Assembly: GCF_006345805.1 (NCBI RefSeq)
Contig: NC_043011.1
Span: 23,014,464 to 23,078,463 of the forward strand
Length of the DNA stretch: 64,000 nt
Direction: 5' to 3'
Origin: Octopus sinensis
Taxonomy: Eukaryota
The notes under the pieces were generated by a model. The model was not told the origin of the DNA. It did not search any database and worked only from the letters and a program-made list of their open reading frames with translations. The position numbers and the translations under genes were made by a program. Below are positions 38,801 through 53,800 of the stretch, one piece after another (the first letter of the stretch is position 1; each line of letters opens with the position of its first letter).

Positions 38801-41800
38801 TGATGAAATAACAGCCAGACACATCGTGATTGTATAACGGGACAGTTGCCGCGCAAGAAACCTTCATCTGAAGATCCACTCGCATGAAAGCAGTCGAAAA
38901 ATATATCCTAATCTGACTTTATACTCATAAAAAAAGCTGTGATGAAATAACAGCCAGACACATCGTGATTGTATAACGGGACAGTTGCCGCGCAAGAAAC
39001 CTTCATCTGAAGATCCACTCGCATGAAAGCAGTCGAAAAATATATCCTAATCTGACTTTATACTCATAAAAAAAGCTGTGATGAAATAACAGCCAGACAC
39101 ATCGTGATTGTATAACGGGACAGTTGCCGCGCAAGAAACCTTCATCTGAAGATCCACTCGCATGAAAGCAGTCGAAAAATATATCCTAATCTGACTTTAT
39201 ACTCATAAAAAAAGCTGTGATGAAATAACAGCCAGACACATCGTGATTGTATAACGGGACAGTTGCCGCGCAAGAAACCTTCATCTGAAGATCCACTCGC
39301 ATGAAAGCAGTCGAAAAATATATCCTAATCTGACTTTATACTCATAAAAAAAGCTGTGATGAAATAACAGCCAGACACATCGTGATTGTATAACGGGACA
39401 GTTGCCGCGCAAGAAACCTTCATCTGAAGATCCACTCGCATGAAAGCAGTCGAAAAATATATCCTAATCTGACTTTATACTCATAAAAAAAGCTGTGATG
39501 AAATAACAGCCAGACACATCGTGATTGTATAACGGGACAGTTGCCGCGCAAGAAACCTTCATCTGAAGATCCACTCGCATGAAAGCAGTCGAAAAATATA
39601 TCCTAATCTGACATTATACTCATAAAAAAAGCTGTGATGAAATAACAGCCAGACACATCGTGATTGTATAACGGGACAGTTGCCGCGCAAGAAACCTTCA
39701 TCTGAAGATCCACTCGCATGAAAGCAGTCGAAAAATATATCCTAATCTGACATTATACTCATAAAAAAAGCTGTGATGAAATAACAGCCAGACACATCGT
39801 GATTGTATAACGGGACAGTTGCCGCGCAAGAAACCTTCATCTGAAGATCCACTCGCATGAAAGCAGTCGAAAAATATATCCTAATCTGACTTTATACTCA
39901 TAAAAAAAGCTGTGATGAAATAACAGCCAGACACATCGTGATTGTATAACGGGACAGTTGCCGCGCAAGAAACCTTCATCTGAAGATCCACTCGCATGAA
40001 AGCAGTCGAAAAATATATCCTAATCTGACTTTATACTCATAAAAAAAGCTGTGATGAAATAACAGCCAGACACATCGTGATTGTATAACGGGACAGTTGC
40101 CGCGCAAGAAACCTTCATCTGAAGATCCACTCGCATGAAAGCAGTCGAAAAATATATCCTAATCTGACTTTACTCATAAAAAAAGCTGTGATGAAATAAC
40201 AGCCAGACACATCGTGATTGTATAACGGGACAGTTGCCGCGCAAGAAACCTTCATCTGAAGATCCACTCGCATGAAAGCAGTCGAAAAATATATCCTAAT
40301 CTGACTTTATACTCATAAAAAAAGCTGTGATGAAATAACAGCCAGACACATCGTGATTGTATAACGGGACAGTTGCCGCGCAAGAAACCTTCATCTGAAG
40401 ATCCACTCGCATGAAAGCAGTCGAAAAAATATCCTAATCTGACTTTATACTCATAAAAAAAGCTGTGATGAAATAACAGCCAGACACATCGTGATTGTAT
40501 AACGGGACAGTTGCCGCGCAAGAAACCTTCATCTGAAGATCCACTCGCATGAAAGCAGTCGAAAAATATATCCTAATCTGACTTTATACTCATAAAAAAA
40601 GCTGTGATGAAATAACAGCCAGACACATCGTGATTGTATAACGGGACAGTTGCCGCGCAAGAAACCTTCATCTGAAGATCCACTCGCATGAAAGCAGTCG
40701 AAAAATATATCCTAATCTGACATTTTATCATAAAAAAGCTGTGATGAAATAACAGCCAGACACATCGTGATTGTATAACGGGACAGTTGCCGCGCAAGAA
40801 ACCTTCATCTGAAGATCCACTCGCATGAAAGCAGTCGAAAAATATATCCTAATCTGACTTTATACTCATAAAAAAAGCTGTGATGAAATAACAGCCAGAC
40901 ACATCGTGATTGTATAACGGGACAGTTGCCGCGCAAGAAACCTTCATCTGAAGATCCACTCGCATGAAAGCAGTCGAAAAATATATCCTAATCTGACTTT
41001 ATACTCATAAAAAAAGCTGTGATGAAATAACAGCCAGACACATCGTGATTGTATAACGGGACAGTTGCCGCGCAAGAAACCTTCATCTGAAGATCCACTC
41101 GCATGAAAGCAGTCGAAAAATATATCCTAATCTGACTTTATACTCATAAAAAAAGCTGTGATGAAATAACAGCCAGACACATCGTGATTGTATAACGGGA
41201 CAGTTGCCGCGCAAGAAACCTTCATCTGAAGATCCACTCGCATGAAAGCAGTCGAAAAATATATCCTAATCTGACTTTATACTCATAAAAAAAGCTGTGA
41301 TGAAATAACAGCCAGACACATCGTGATTGTATAACGGGACAGTTGCCGCGCAAGAAACCTTCATCTGAAGATCCACTCGCATGAAAGCAGTCGAAAAATA
41401 TATCCTAATCTGACTTTATACTCATAAAAAAAGCTGTGATGAAATAACAGCCAGACACATCGTGATTGTATAACGGGACAGTTGCCGCGCAAGAAACCTT
41501 CATCTGAAGATCCACTCGCATGAAAGCAGTCGAAAAATATATCCTAATCTGACTTTATACTCATAAAAAAAGCTGTGATGAAATAACAGCCAGACACATC
41601 GTGATTGTATAACGGGACAGTTGCCGCGCAAGAAACCTTCATCTGAAGATCCACTCGCATGAAAGCAGTCGAAAAATATATCCTAATCTGACTTTATACT
41701 CATAAAAAAAGCTGTGATGAAATAACAGCCAGACACATCGTGATTGTATAACGGGACAGTTGCCGCGCAAGAAACCTTCATCTGAAGATCCACTCGCATG

Positions 41801-44800
41801 AAAGCAGTCGAAAAATATATCCTAATCTGACTTTATACTCATAAAAAAAGCTGTGATGAAATAACAGCCAGACACATCGTGATTGTATAACGGGACAGTT
41901 TGCCGCGCAAGAAACCTTCATCTGAAGATCCACTCGCATGAAAGCAGTCGAAAAATATATCCTAATCTGACTTTATACTCATAAAAAAAGCTGTGATGAA
42001 ATAACAGCCAGACACATCGTGATTGTATAACGGGACAGTTGCCGCGCAGAAGAAACCTTCATCTGAAGATCCACTCGCATGAAAGCAGTCGAAAAATATA
42101 TCCTAATCTGACTTTATACTCATAAAAAAAGCTGTGATGAAATAACAGCCAGACACATCGTGATTGTATAACGGGACAGTTGCGCCGCAAGAAAACCTCA
42201 TTGAGATCCACTCGCATGAAAGCAGTCGAAAATAATCTAATCTGACTTATACTCATAAAAAAAGCTGTGATGAAATAACAGCCAGACACATCGTGATTGT
42301 ATAACGGGACAGTTGCCGCGCAAGAAACCTTCATCTGAAGATCCACTCGCATGAAAGCAGTCGAAAAATATATCCTAATCTGACTTTATACTCATAAAAA
42401 AAGCTGTGATGAAATAACAGCCAGACACATCGTGATTGTATAACGGGACAGTTGCCGCGCAAGAAACCTTCATCTGAAGATCCACTCGCATGAAAGCAGT
42501 CGAAAAATATATCCTAATCTGACTTTATACTCATAAAAAAAGCTGTGATGAAATAACAGCCAGACACATCGTGATTGTATAACGGGACAGTTGCCGCGCA
42601 AGAAACCTTCATCTGAAGATCCACTCGCATGAAAGCAGTCGAAAAATATATCCTAATCTGACTTTATACTCATAAAAAAAGCTGTGATGAAATAACAGCC
42701 AGACACATCGTGATTGTATAACGGGACAGTTGCCGCGCAAGAAACCTTCATCTGAAGATCCACTCGCATGAAAGCAGTCGAAAAATATATCCTAATCTGA
42801 CTTTATACTCATAAAAAAAGCTGTGATGAAATAACAGCCAGACACATCGTGATTGTATAACGGGACAGTTGCCGCGCAAGAAACCTTCATCTGAAGATCC
42901 ACTCGCATGAAAGCAGTCGAAAAATATATCCTAATCTGACTTTATACTCATAAAAAAGCTGTGATGAAATAACAGCCAGACACATCGTGATTGTATAACG
43001 GGACAGTTGCCGCGCAAGAAACCTTCATCTGAAGATCCACTCGCATGAAAGCAGTCGAAAAATATATCCTAATCTGACTTTATACTCATAAAAAAAGCTG
43101 TGATGAAATAACAGCCAGACACATCGTGATTGTATAACGGGACAGTTGCCGCGCAAGAAACCTTCATCTGAAGATCCACTCGCATGAAAGCAGTCGAAAA
43201 ATATATCCTAATCTGACTTTATACTCATAAAAAAAGCTGTGATGAAATAACAGCCAGACACATCGTGATTGTATAACGGGACAGTTGCCGCGCAAGAAAC
43301 CTTCATCTGAAGATCCACTCGCATGAAAGCAGTCGAAAAATATATCCTAATCTGACTTTATACTCATAAAAAAAGCTGTGATGAAATAACAGCCAGACAC
43401 ATCGTGATTGTATAACGGGACAGTTGCCGCGCAAGAAACCTTCATCTGAAGATCCACTCGCATGAAAGCAGTCGAAAAATATATCCTAATCTGACTTTAT
43501 ACTCATAAAAAAAGCTGTGATGAAATAACAGCCAGACACATCGTGATTGTATAACGGGACAGTTGCCGCGCAAGAAACCTTCATCTGAAGATCCACTCGC
43601 ATGAAAGCAGTCGAAAAATATATCCTAATCTGACTTTATACTCATAAAAAAAGCTGTGATGAAATAACAGCCAGACACATCGTGATTGTATAACGGGACA
43701 GTTGCCGCGCAAGAAACCTTCATCTGAAGATCCACTCGCATGAAAGCAGTCGAAAAATATATCCTAATCTGACTTTATACTCATAAAAAAAGCTGTGATG
43801 AAATAACAGCCAGACACATCGTGATTGTATAACGGGACAGTTGCCGCGCAAGAAACCTTCATCTGAAGATCCACTCGCATGAAAGCAGTCGAAAAATATA
43901 TCCTAATCTGACTTTATACTCATAAAAAAAGCTGTGATGAAATAACAGCCAGACACATCGTGATTGTATAACGGGACAGTTGCCGCGCAAGAAACCTTCA
44001 TCTGAAGATCCACTCGCATGAAAGCAGTCGAAAAATATATCCTAATCTGACTTATACTCATAAAAAAAGCTGTGATGAAATAACAGCCAGACACATCGTG
44101 ATTGTATAACGGGACAGTTGCCGCGCAAGAAACCTTCATCTGAAGATCCACTCGCATGAAAGCAGTCGAAAAAATATATCCTAATCTGACTTTATACTCA
44201 TAAAAAAAGCTGTGATGAAATAACAGCCAGACACATCGTGATTGTATAACGGGACAGTTGCCGCGCAAGAAACCTTCATCTGAAGATCCACTCGCATGAA
44301 AGCAGTCGAAAAATATATCCTAATCTGACTTTATACTCATAAAAAAAGCTGTGATGAAATAACAGCCAGACACATCGTGATTGTATAACGGGACAGTTGC
44401 CGCGCAAGAAACCTTCATCTGAAGATCCACTCGCATGAAAGCAGTCGAAAAATATATCCTAATCTGACTTTATACTCATAAAAAAAGCTGTGATGAAATA
44501 ACAGCCAGACACATCGTGATTGTATAACGGGACAGTTGCCGCGCAAGAAACCTTCATCTGAAGATCCACTCGCATGAAAGCAGTCGAAAAATATATCCTA
44601 ATCTGACTTTATACTCATAAAAAAAGCTGTGATGAAATAACAGCCAGACACATCGTGATTGTATAACGGGACAGTTGCCGCGCAAGAAACCTTCATCTGA
44701 AGATCCACTCGCATGAAAGCAGTCGAAAAATATATCCTAATCTGACTTTATACTCAAAAAAAGCTGTGATGAAATAACAGCCAGACACATCGTGATTGTA

Positions 44801-47800
44801 TAACGGGACAGTTGCCGCGCAAGAAACCTTCATCTGAAGATCCACTCGCATGAAAGCAGTCGAAAAATATATCCTAATCTGACTTTATACTCATAAAAAA
44901 AGCTGTGATGAAATAACAGCCAGACACATCGTGATTGTATAACGGGACAGTTGCCGCGCAAGAAACCTTCATCTGAAGATCCACTCGCATGAAAGCAGTC
45001 GAAAAATATATCCTAATCTGACTTTATACTCATAAAAAAAGCTGTGATGAAATAACAGCCAGACACATCGTGATTGTATAACGGGACAGTTGCCGCGCAA
45101 GAAACCTTCATCTGAAGATCCACTCGCATGAAAGCAGTCGAAAAATATATCCTAATCTGACTTTATACTCATAAAAAAAGCTGTGATGAAATAACAGCCA
45201 GACACATCGTGATTGTATAACGGGACAGTTGCCGCGCAAGAAACCTTCATCTGAAGATCCACTCGCATGAAAGCAGTCGAAAAATATATCCTAATCTGAC
45301 TTTATACTCATAAAAAAAGCTGTGATGAAATAACAGCCAGACACATCGTGATTGTATAACGGGACAGTTGCCGCGCAAGAAACCTTCATCTGAAGATCCA
45401 CTCGCATGAAAGCAGTCGAAAATATATCCTAATCTGACTTTATACTCATAAAAAAGCTGTGATGAAATAACAGCCAGACACATCGTGATTGTATAACGGG
45501 ACAGTTGCCGCGCAAGAAACCTTCATCTGAAGATCCACTCGCATGAAAGCAGTCGAAAAATATATCCTAATCTGACTTTATACTCATAAAAAAAGCTGTG
45601 ATGAAATAACAGCCAGACACATCGTGATTGTATAACGGGACAGTTGCCGCGCAAGAAACCTTCATCTGAAGATCCACTCGCATGAAAGCAGTCGAAAAAT
45701 ATATCCTAATCTGACTTTATACTCATAAAAAAGCTGTGATGAAATAACAGCCAGACACATCGTGATTGTATAACGGGACAGTTGCCGCGCAAGAAACCTT
45801 CATCTGAAGATCCACTCGCATGAAAGCAGTCGAAAAATATATCCTAATCTGACTTTATACTCATAAAAAAAGCTGTGATGAAATAACAGCCAGACACATC
45901 GTGATTGTATAACGGGACAGTTGCCGCGCAAGAAACCTTCATCTGAAGATCCACTCGCATGAAAGCAGTCGAAAAATATATCCTAATCTGACTTTATACT
46001 CATAAAAAAAGCTGTGATGAAATAACAGCCAGACACATCGTGATTGTATAACGGGACAGTTGCCGCGCAAGAAACCTTCATCTGAAGATCCACTCGCATG
46101 AAAGCAGTCGAAAAATATATCCTAATCTGACTTATACTCATAAAAAAAGCTGTGATGAAATAACAGCCAGACACATCGTGATTGTATAACGGGACAGTTG
46201 CCGCGCAAGAAACCTTCATCTGAAGATCCACTCGCATGAAAGCAGTCGAAAAATATATCCTAATCTGACTTTATACTCATAAAAAAAGCTGTGATGAAAT
46301 AACAGCCAGACACATCGTGATTGTATAACGGGACAGTTGCCGCGCAAGAAACCTTCATCTGAAGATCCACTCGCATGAAAGCAGTCGAAAAATATATCCT
46401 AATCTGACTTTATACTCATAAAAAAAGCTGTGATGAAATAACAGCCAGACACATCGTGATTGTATAACGGGACAGTTGCCGCGCAAGAAACCTTCATCTG
46501 AAGATCCACTCGCATGAAAGCAGTCGAAAAATATATCCTAATCTGACTTTATACTCATAAAAAAAGCTGTGATGAAATAACAGCCAGACACATCGTGATT
46601 GTATAACGGGACAGTTGCCGCGCAAGAAACCTTCATCTGAAGATCCACTCGCATGAAAGCAGTCGAAAAATATATCCTAATCTGACTTTATACTCATAAA
46701 AAAAGCTGTGATGAAATAACAGCCAGACACATCGTGATTGTATAACGGGACAGTTGCCGCGCAAGAAACCTTCATCTGAAGATCCACTCGCATGAAAGCA
46801 GTCGAAAAATATATCCTAATCTGACTTTATACTCATAAAAAAAGCTGTGATGAAATAACAGCCAGACACATCGTGATTGTATAACGGGACAGTTGCCGCG
46901 CAAGAAACCTTCATCTGAAGATCCACTCGCATGAAAGCAGTCGAAAAATATATCCTAATCTGACTTTATACTCATAAAAAAAGCTGTGATGAAATAACAG
47001 CCAGACACATCGTGATTGTATAACGGGACAGTTGCCGCGCAAGAAACCTTCATCTGAAGATCCACTCGCATGAAAGCAGTCGAAAAATATATCCTAATCT
47101 GACTTTATACTCATAAAAAAAGCTGTGATGAAATAACAGCCAGACACATCGTGATTGTATAACGGGACAGTTGCCGCGCAAGAAACCTTCATCTGAAGAT
47201 CCACTCGCATGAAAGCAGTCGAAAAATATATCCTAATCTGACTTTATACTCATAAAAAAAGCTGTGATGAAATAACAGCCAGACACATCGTGATTGTATA
47301 ACGGGACAGTTGCCGCGCAAGAAACCTTCATCTGAAGATCCACTCGCATGAAAGCAGTCGAAAAATATATCCTAATCTGACTTTATACTCATAAAAAAAG
47401 CTGTGATGAAATAACAGCCAGACACATCGTGATTGTATAACGGGACAGTTGCCGCGCAAGAAACCTTCATCTGAAGATCCACTCGCATGAAAGCAGTCGA
47501 AAAATATATCCTAATCTGACTTTATACTCATAAAAAAAGCTGTGATGAAATAACAGCCAGACACATCGTGATTGTATAACGGGACAGTTGCCGCGCAAGA
47601 AACCTTCATCTGAAGATCCACTCGCATGAAAGCAGTCGAAAAATATATCCTAATCTGACTTTATACTCATAAAAAAAGCTGTGATGAAATAACAGCCAGA
47701 CACATCGTGATTGTATAACGGGACAGTTGCCGCGCAAGAAACCTTCATCTGAAGATCCACTCGCATGAAAGCAGTCGAAAAATATATCCTAATCTGACTT

Positions 47801-50800
47801 TATACTCATAAAAAAAGCTGTGATGAAATAACAGCCAGACACATCGTGATTGTATAACGGGACAGTTGCCGCGCAAGAAACCTTCATCTGAAGATCCACT
47901 CGCATGAAAGCAGTCGAAAAATATATCCTAATCTGACTTTATACTCATAAAAAAAGCTGTGATGAAATAACAGCCAGACACATCGTGATTGTATAACGGG
48001 ACAGTTGCCGCGCAAGAAACCTTCATCTGAAGATCCACTCGCATGAAAGCAGTCGAAAAATATATCCTAATCTGACTTTATACTCATAAAAAAAGCTGTG
48101 ATGAAATAACAGCCAGACACATCGTGATTGTATAACGGGACAGTTGCCGCGCAAGAAACCTTCATCTGAAGATCCACTCGCATGAAAGCAGTCGAAAAAT
48201 ATATCCTAATCTGACTTTATACTCATAAAAAAAGCTGTGATGAAATAACAGCCAGACACATCGTGATTGTATAACGGGACAGTTGCCGCGCAAGAAACCT
48301 TCATCTGAAGATCCACTCGCATGAAAGCAGTCGAAAATATATCCTAATCTGACTTTATACTCATAAAAAAAGCTGTGATGAAATAACAGCCAGACACATC
48401 GTGATTGTATAACGGGACAGTTGCCGCGCAAGAAACCTTCATCTGAAGATCCACTCGCATGAAAGCAGTCGAAAAATATATCCTAATCTGACTTTATACT
48501 CATAAAAAAGCTGTGATGAAATAACAGCCAGACACATCGTGATTGTATAACGGGACAGTTGCCGCGCAAGAAACCTTCATCTGAAGATCCACTCGCATGA
48601 AAGCAGTCGAAAAATATATCCTAATCTGACTTTATACTCATAAAAAAAGCTGTGATGAAATAACAGCCAGACACATCGTGATTGTATAACGGGACAGTTG
48701 CCGCGCAAGAAACCTTCATCTGAAGATCCACTCGCATGAAAGCAGTCGAAAAATATATCCTAATCTGACTTTATACTCATAAAAAAAGCTGTGATGAAAT
48801 AACAGCCAGACACATCGTGATTGTATAACGGGACAGTTGCCGCGCAAGAAACCTTCATCTGAAGATCCACTCGCATGAAAGCAGTCGAAAAATATATCCT
48901 AATCTGACTTTATACTCATAAAAAAAGCTGTGATGAAATAACAGCCAGACACATCGTGATTGTATAACGGGACAGTTGCCGCGCAAGAAACCTTCATCTG
49001 AAGATCCACTCGCATGAAAGCAGTCGAAAAATATATCCTAATCTGACTTTATACTCATAAAAAAAGCTGTGATGAAATAACAGCCAGACACATCGTGATT
49101 GTATAACGGGACAGTTGCCGCGCAAGAAACCTTCATCTGAAGATCCACTCGCATGAAAGCAGTCGAAAAATATATCCTAATCTGACTTTATACTCATAAA
49201 AAAAGCTGTGATGAAATAACAGCCAGACACATCGTGATTGTATAACGGGACAGTTGCCGCGCAAGAAACCTTCATCTGAAGATCCACTCGCATGAAAGCA
49301 GTCGAAAAATATATCCTAATCTGACTTTATACTCATAAAAAAAGCTGTGATGAAATAACAGCCAGACACATCGTGATTGTATAACGGGACAGTTGCCGCG
49401 CAAGAAACCTTCATCTGAAGATCCACTCGCATGAAAGCAGTCGAAAAATATATCCTAATCTGACTTTATACTCATAAAAAAAGCTGTGATGAAATAACAG
49501 CCAGACACATCGTGATTGTATAACGGGACAGTTGCCGCGCAAGAAACCTTCATCTGAAGATCCACTCGCATGAAAGCAGTCGAAAAATATATCCTAATCT
49601 GACTTTATACTCATAAAAAAAGCTGTGATGAAATAACAGCCAGACACATCGTGATTGTATAACGGGACAGTTGCCGCGCAAGAAACCTTCATCTGAAGAT
49701 CCACTCGCATGAAAGCAGTCGAAAAATATATCCTAATCTGACTTTATACTCATAAAAAAAGCTGTGATGAAATAACAGCCAGACACATCGTGATTGTATA
49801 ACGGGACAGTTGCCGCGCAAGAAACCTTCATCTGAAGATCCACTCGCATGAAAGCAGTCGAAAAATATATCCTAATCTGACTTTATACTCATAAAAAAGC
49901 TGTGATGAAATAACAGCCAGACACATCGTGATTGTATAACGGGACAGTTGCCGCGCAAGAAACCTTCATCTGAAGATCCACTCGCATGAAAGCAGTCGAA
50001 AAATATATCCTAATCTGACTTTATACTCATAAAAAAAGCTGTGATGAAATAACAGCCAGACACATCGTGATTGTATAACGGGACAGTTGCCGCGCAAGAA
50101 ACCTTCATCTGAAGATCCACTCGCATGAAAGCAGTCGAAAAATATATCCTAATCTGACTTTATACTCATAAAAAAGCTGTGATGAAATAACAGCCAGACA
50201 CATCGTGATTGTATAACGGGACAGTTGCCGCGCAAGAAACCTTCATCTGAAGATCCACTCGCATGAAAGCAGTCGAAAAATATATCCTAATCTGACTTTA
50301 TACTCATAAAAAAAGCTGTGATGAAATAACAGCCAGACACATCGTGATTGTATAACGGGACAGTTGCCGCGCAAGAAACCTTCATCTGAAGATCCACTCG
50401 CATGAAAGCAGTCGAAAAATATATCCTAATCTGACTTTATACTCATAAAAAAAGCTGTGATGAAATAACAGCCAGACACATCGTGATTGTATAACGGGAC
50501 AGTTGCCGCGCAAGAAACCTTCATCTGAAGATCCACTCGCATGAAAGCAGTCGAAAAATATATCCTAATCTGACTTTATACTCATAAAAAAAGCTGTGAT
50601 GAAATAACAGCCAGACACATCGTGATTGTATAACGGGACAGTTGCCGCGCAAGAAACCTTCATCTGAAGATCCACTCGCATGAAAGCAGTCGAAAAATAT
50701 ATCCTAATCTGACTTATACTCATAAAAAAAGCTGTGATGAAATAACAGCCAGACACATCGTGATTGTATAACGGGACAGTTGCCGCGCAAGAAACCTTCA

Positions 50801-53800
50801 TCTGAAGATCCACTCGCATGAAAGCAGTCGAAAAATATATCCTAATCTGACTTTATACTCATAAAAAAAGCTGTGATGAAATAACAGCCAGACACATCGT
50901 GATTGTATAACGGGACAGTTGCCGCGCAAGAAACCTTCATCTGAAGATCCACTCGCATGAAAGCAGTCGAAAAATATATCCTAATCTGACTTTATACTCA
51001 TAAAAAAAGCTGTGATGAAATAACAGCCAGACACATCGTGATTGTATAACGGGACAGTTGCCGCGCAAGAAACCTTCATCTGAAGATCCACTCGCATGAA
51101 AGCAGTCGAAAAATATATCCTAATCTGACTTTATACTCATAAAAAAAGCTGTGATGAAATAACAGCCAGACACATCGTGATTGTATAACGGGACAGTTGC
51201 CGCGCAAGAAACCTTCATCTGAAGATCCACTCGCATGAAAGCAGTCGAAAAATATATCCTAATCTGACTTTATACTCATAAAAAAAGCTGTGATGAAATA
51301 ACAGCCAGACACATCGTGATTGTATAACGGGACAGTTGCCGCGCAAGAAACCTTCATCTGAAGATCCACTCGCATGAAAGCAGTCGAAAAATATATCCTA
51401 ATCTGACTTTATACTCATAAAAAAAGCTGTGATGAAATAACAGCCAGACACATCGTGATTGTATAACGGGACAGTTGCCGCGCAAGAAACCTTCATCTGA
51501 AGATCCACTCGCATGAAAGCAGTCGAAAAATATATCCTAATCTGACTTTATACTCATAAAAAAAGCTGTGATGAAATAACAGCCAGACACATCGTGATTG
51601 TATAACGGGACAGTTGCCGCGCAAGAAACCTTCATCTGAAGATCCACTCGCATGAAAGCAGTCGAAAAATATATCCTAATCTGACTTTATACTCATAAAA
51701 AAGCTGTGATGAAATAACAGCCAGACACATCGTGATTGTATAACGGGACAGTTGCCGCGCAAGAAACCTTCATCTGAAGATCCACTCGCATGAAAGCAGT
51801 CGAAAAATATATCCTAATCTGACTTTATACTCATAAAAAAAGCTGTGATGAAATAACAGCCAGACACATCGTGATTGTATAACGGGACAGTTGCCGCGCA
51901 AGAAACCTTCATCTGAAGATCCACTCGCATGAAAGCAGTCGAAAAATATATCCTAATCTGACTTTATACTCATAAAAAAAGCTGTGATGAAATAACAGCC
52001 AGACACATCGTGATTGTATAACGGGACAGTTGCCGCGCAAGAAACCTTCATCTGAAGATCCACTCGCATGAAAGCAGTCGAAAAATATATCCTAATCTGA
52101 CTTTATACTCATAAAAAAGCTGTGATGAAATAACAGCCAGACACATCGTGATTGTATAACGGGACAGTTGCCGCGCAAGAAACCTTCATCTGAAGATCCA
52201 CTCGCATGAAAGCAGTCGAAAAATATATCCTAATCTGACTTTATACTCATAAAAAAAGCTGTGATGAAATAACAGCCAGACACATCGTGATTGTATAACG
52301 GGACAGTTGCCGCGCAAGAAACCTTCATCTGAAGATCCACTCGCATGAAAGCAGTCGAAAAATATATCCTAATCTGACTTTATACTCATAAAAAAAGCTG
52401 TGATGAAATAACAGCCAGACACATCGTGATTGTATAACGGGACAGTTGCCGCGCAAGAAACCTTCATCTGAAGATCCACTCGCATGAAAGCAGTCGAAAA
52501 ATATATCCTAATCTGACTTTATACTCATAAAAAAAGCTGTGATGAAATAACAGCCAGACACATCGTGATTGTATAACGGGACAGTTGCCGCGCAAGAAAC
52601 CTTCATCTGAAGATCCACTCGCATGAAAGCAGTCGAAAAATATATCCTAATCTGACTTTATACTCATAAAAAAAGCTGTGATGAAATAACAGCCAGACAC
52701 ATCGTGATTGTATAACGGGACAGTTGCCGCGCAAGAAACCTTCATCTGAAGATCCACTCGCATGAAAGCAGTCGAAAAATATATCCTAATCTGACTTTAT
52801 ACTCATAAAAAAAGCTGTGATGAAATAACAGCCAGACACATCGTGATTGTATAACGGGACAGTTGCCGCGCAAGAAACCTTCATCTGAAGATCCACTCGC
52901 ATGAAAGCAGTCGAAAATATATCCTAATCTGACTTTATACTCATAAAAAAAGCTGTGATGAAATAACAGCCAGACACATCGTGATTGTATAACGGGACAG
53001 TTGCCGCGCAAGAAACCTTCATCTGAAGATCCACTCGCATGAAAGCAGTCGAAAAATATATCCTAATCTGACTTTATACTCATAAAAAAAGCTGTGATGA
53101 AATAACAGCCAGACACATCGTGATTGTATAACGGGACAGTTGCCGCGCAAGAAACCTTCATCTGAAGATCCACTCGCATGAAAGCAGTCGAAAAATATAT
53201 CCTAATCTGACTTTATACTCATAAAAAAAGCTGTGATGAAATAACAGCCAGACACATCGTGATTGTATAACGGGACAGTTGCCGCGCAAGAAACCTTCAT
53301 CTGAAGATCCACTCGCATGAAAGCAGTCGAAAAATATATCCTAATCTGACTTTATACTCATAAAAAAAGCTGTGATGAAATAACAGCCAGACACATCGTG
53401 ATTGTATAACGGGACAGTTGCCGCGCAAGAAACCTTCATCTGAAGATCCACTCGCATGAAAGCAGTCGAAAAATATATCCTAATCTGACTTTATACTCAT
53501 AAAAAAAGCTGTGATGAAATAACAGCCAGACACATCGTGATTGTATAACGGGACAGTTGCCGCGCAAGAAACCTTCATCTGAAGATCCACTCGCATGAAA
53601 GCAGTCGAAAAATATATCCTAATCTGACTTTATACTCATAAAAAAAGCTGTGATGAAATAACAGCCAGACACATCGTGATTGTATAACGGGACAGTTGCC
53701 GCGCAAGAAACCTTCATCTGAAGATCCACTCGCATGAAAGCAGTCGAAAAATATATCCTAATCTGACTTTATACTCATAAAAAAAGCTGTGATGAAATAA

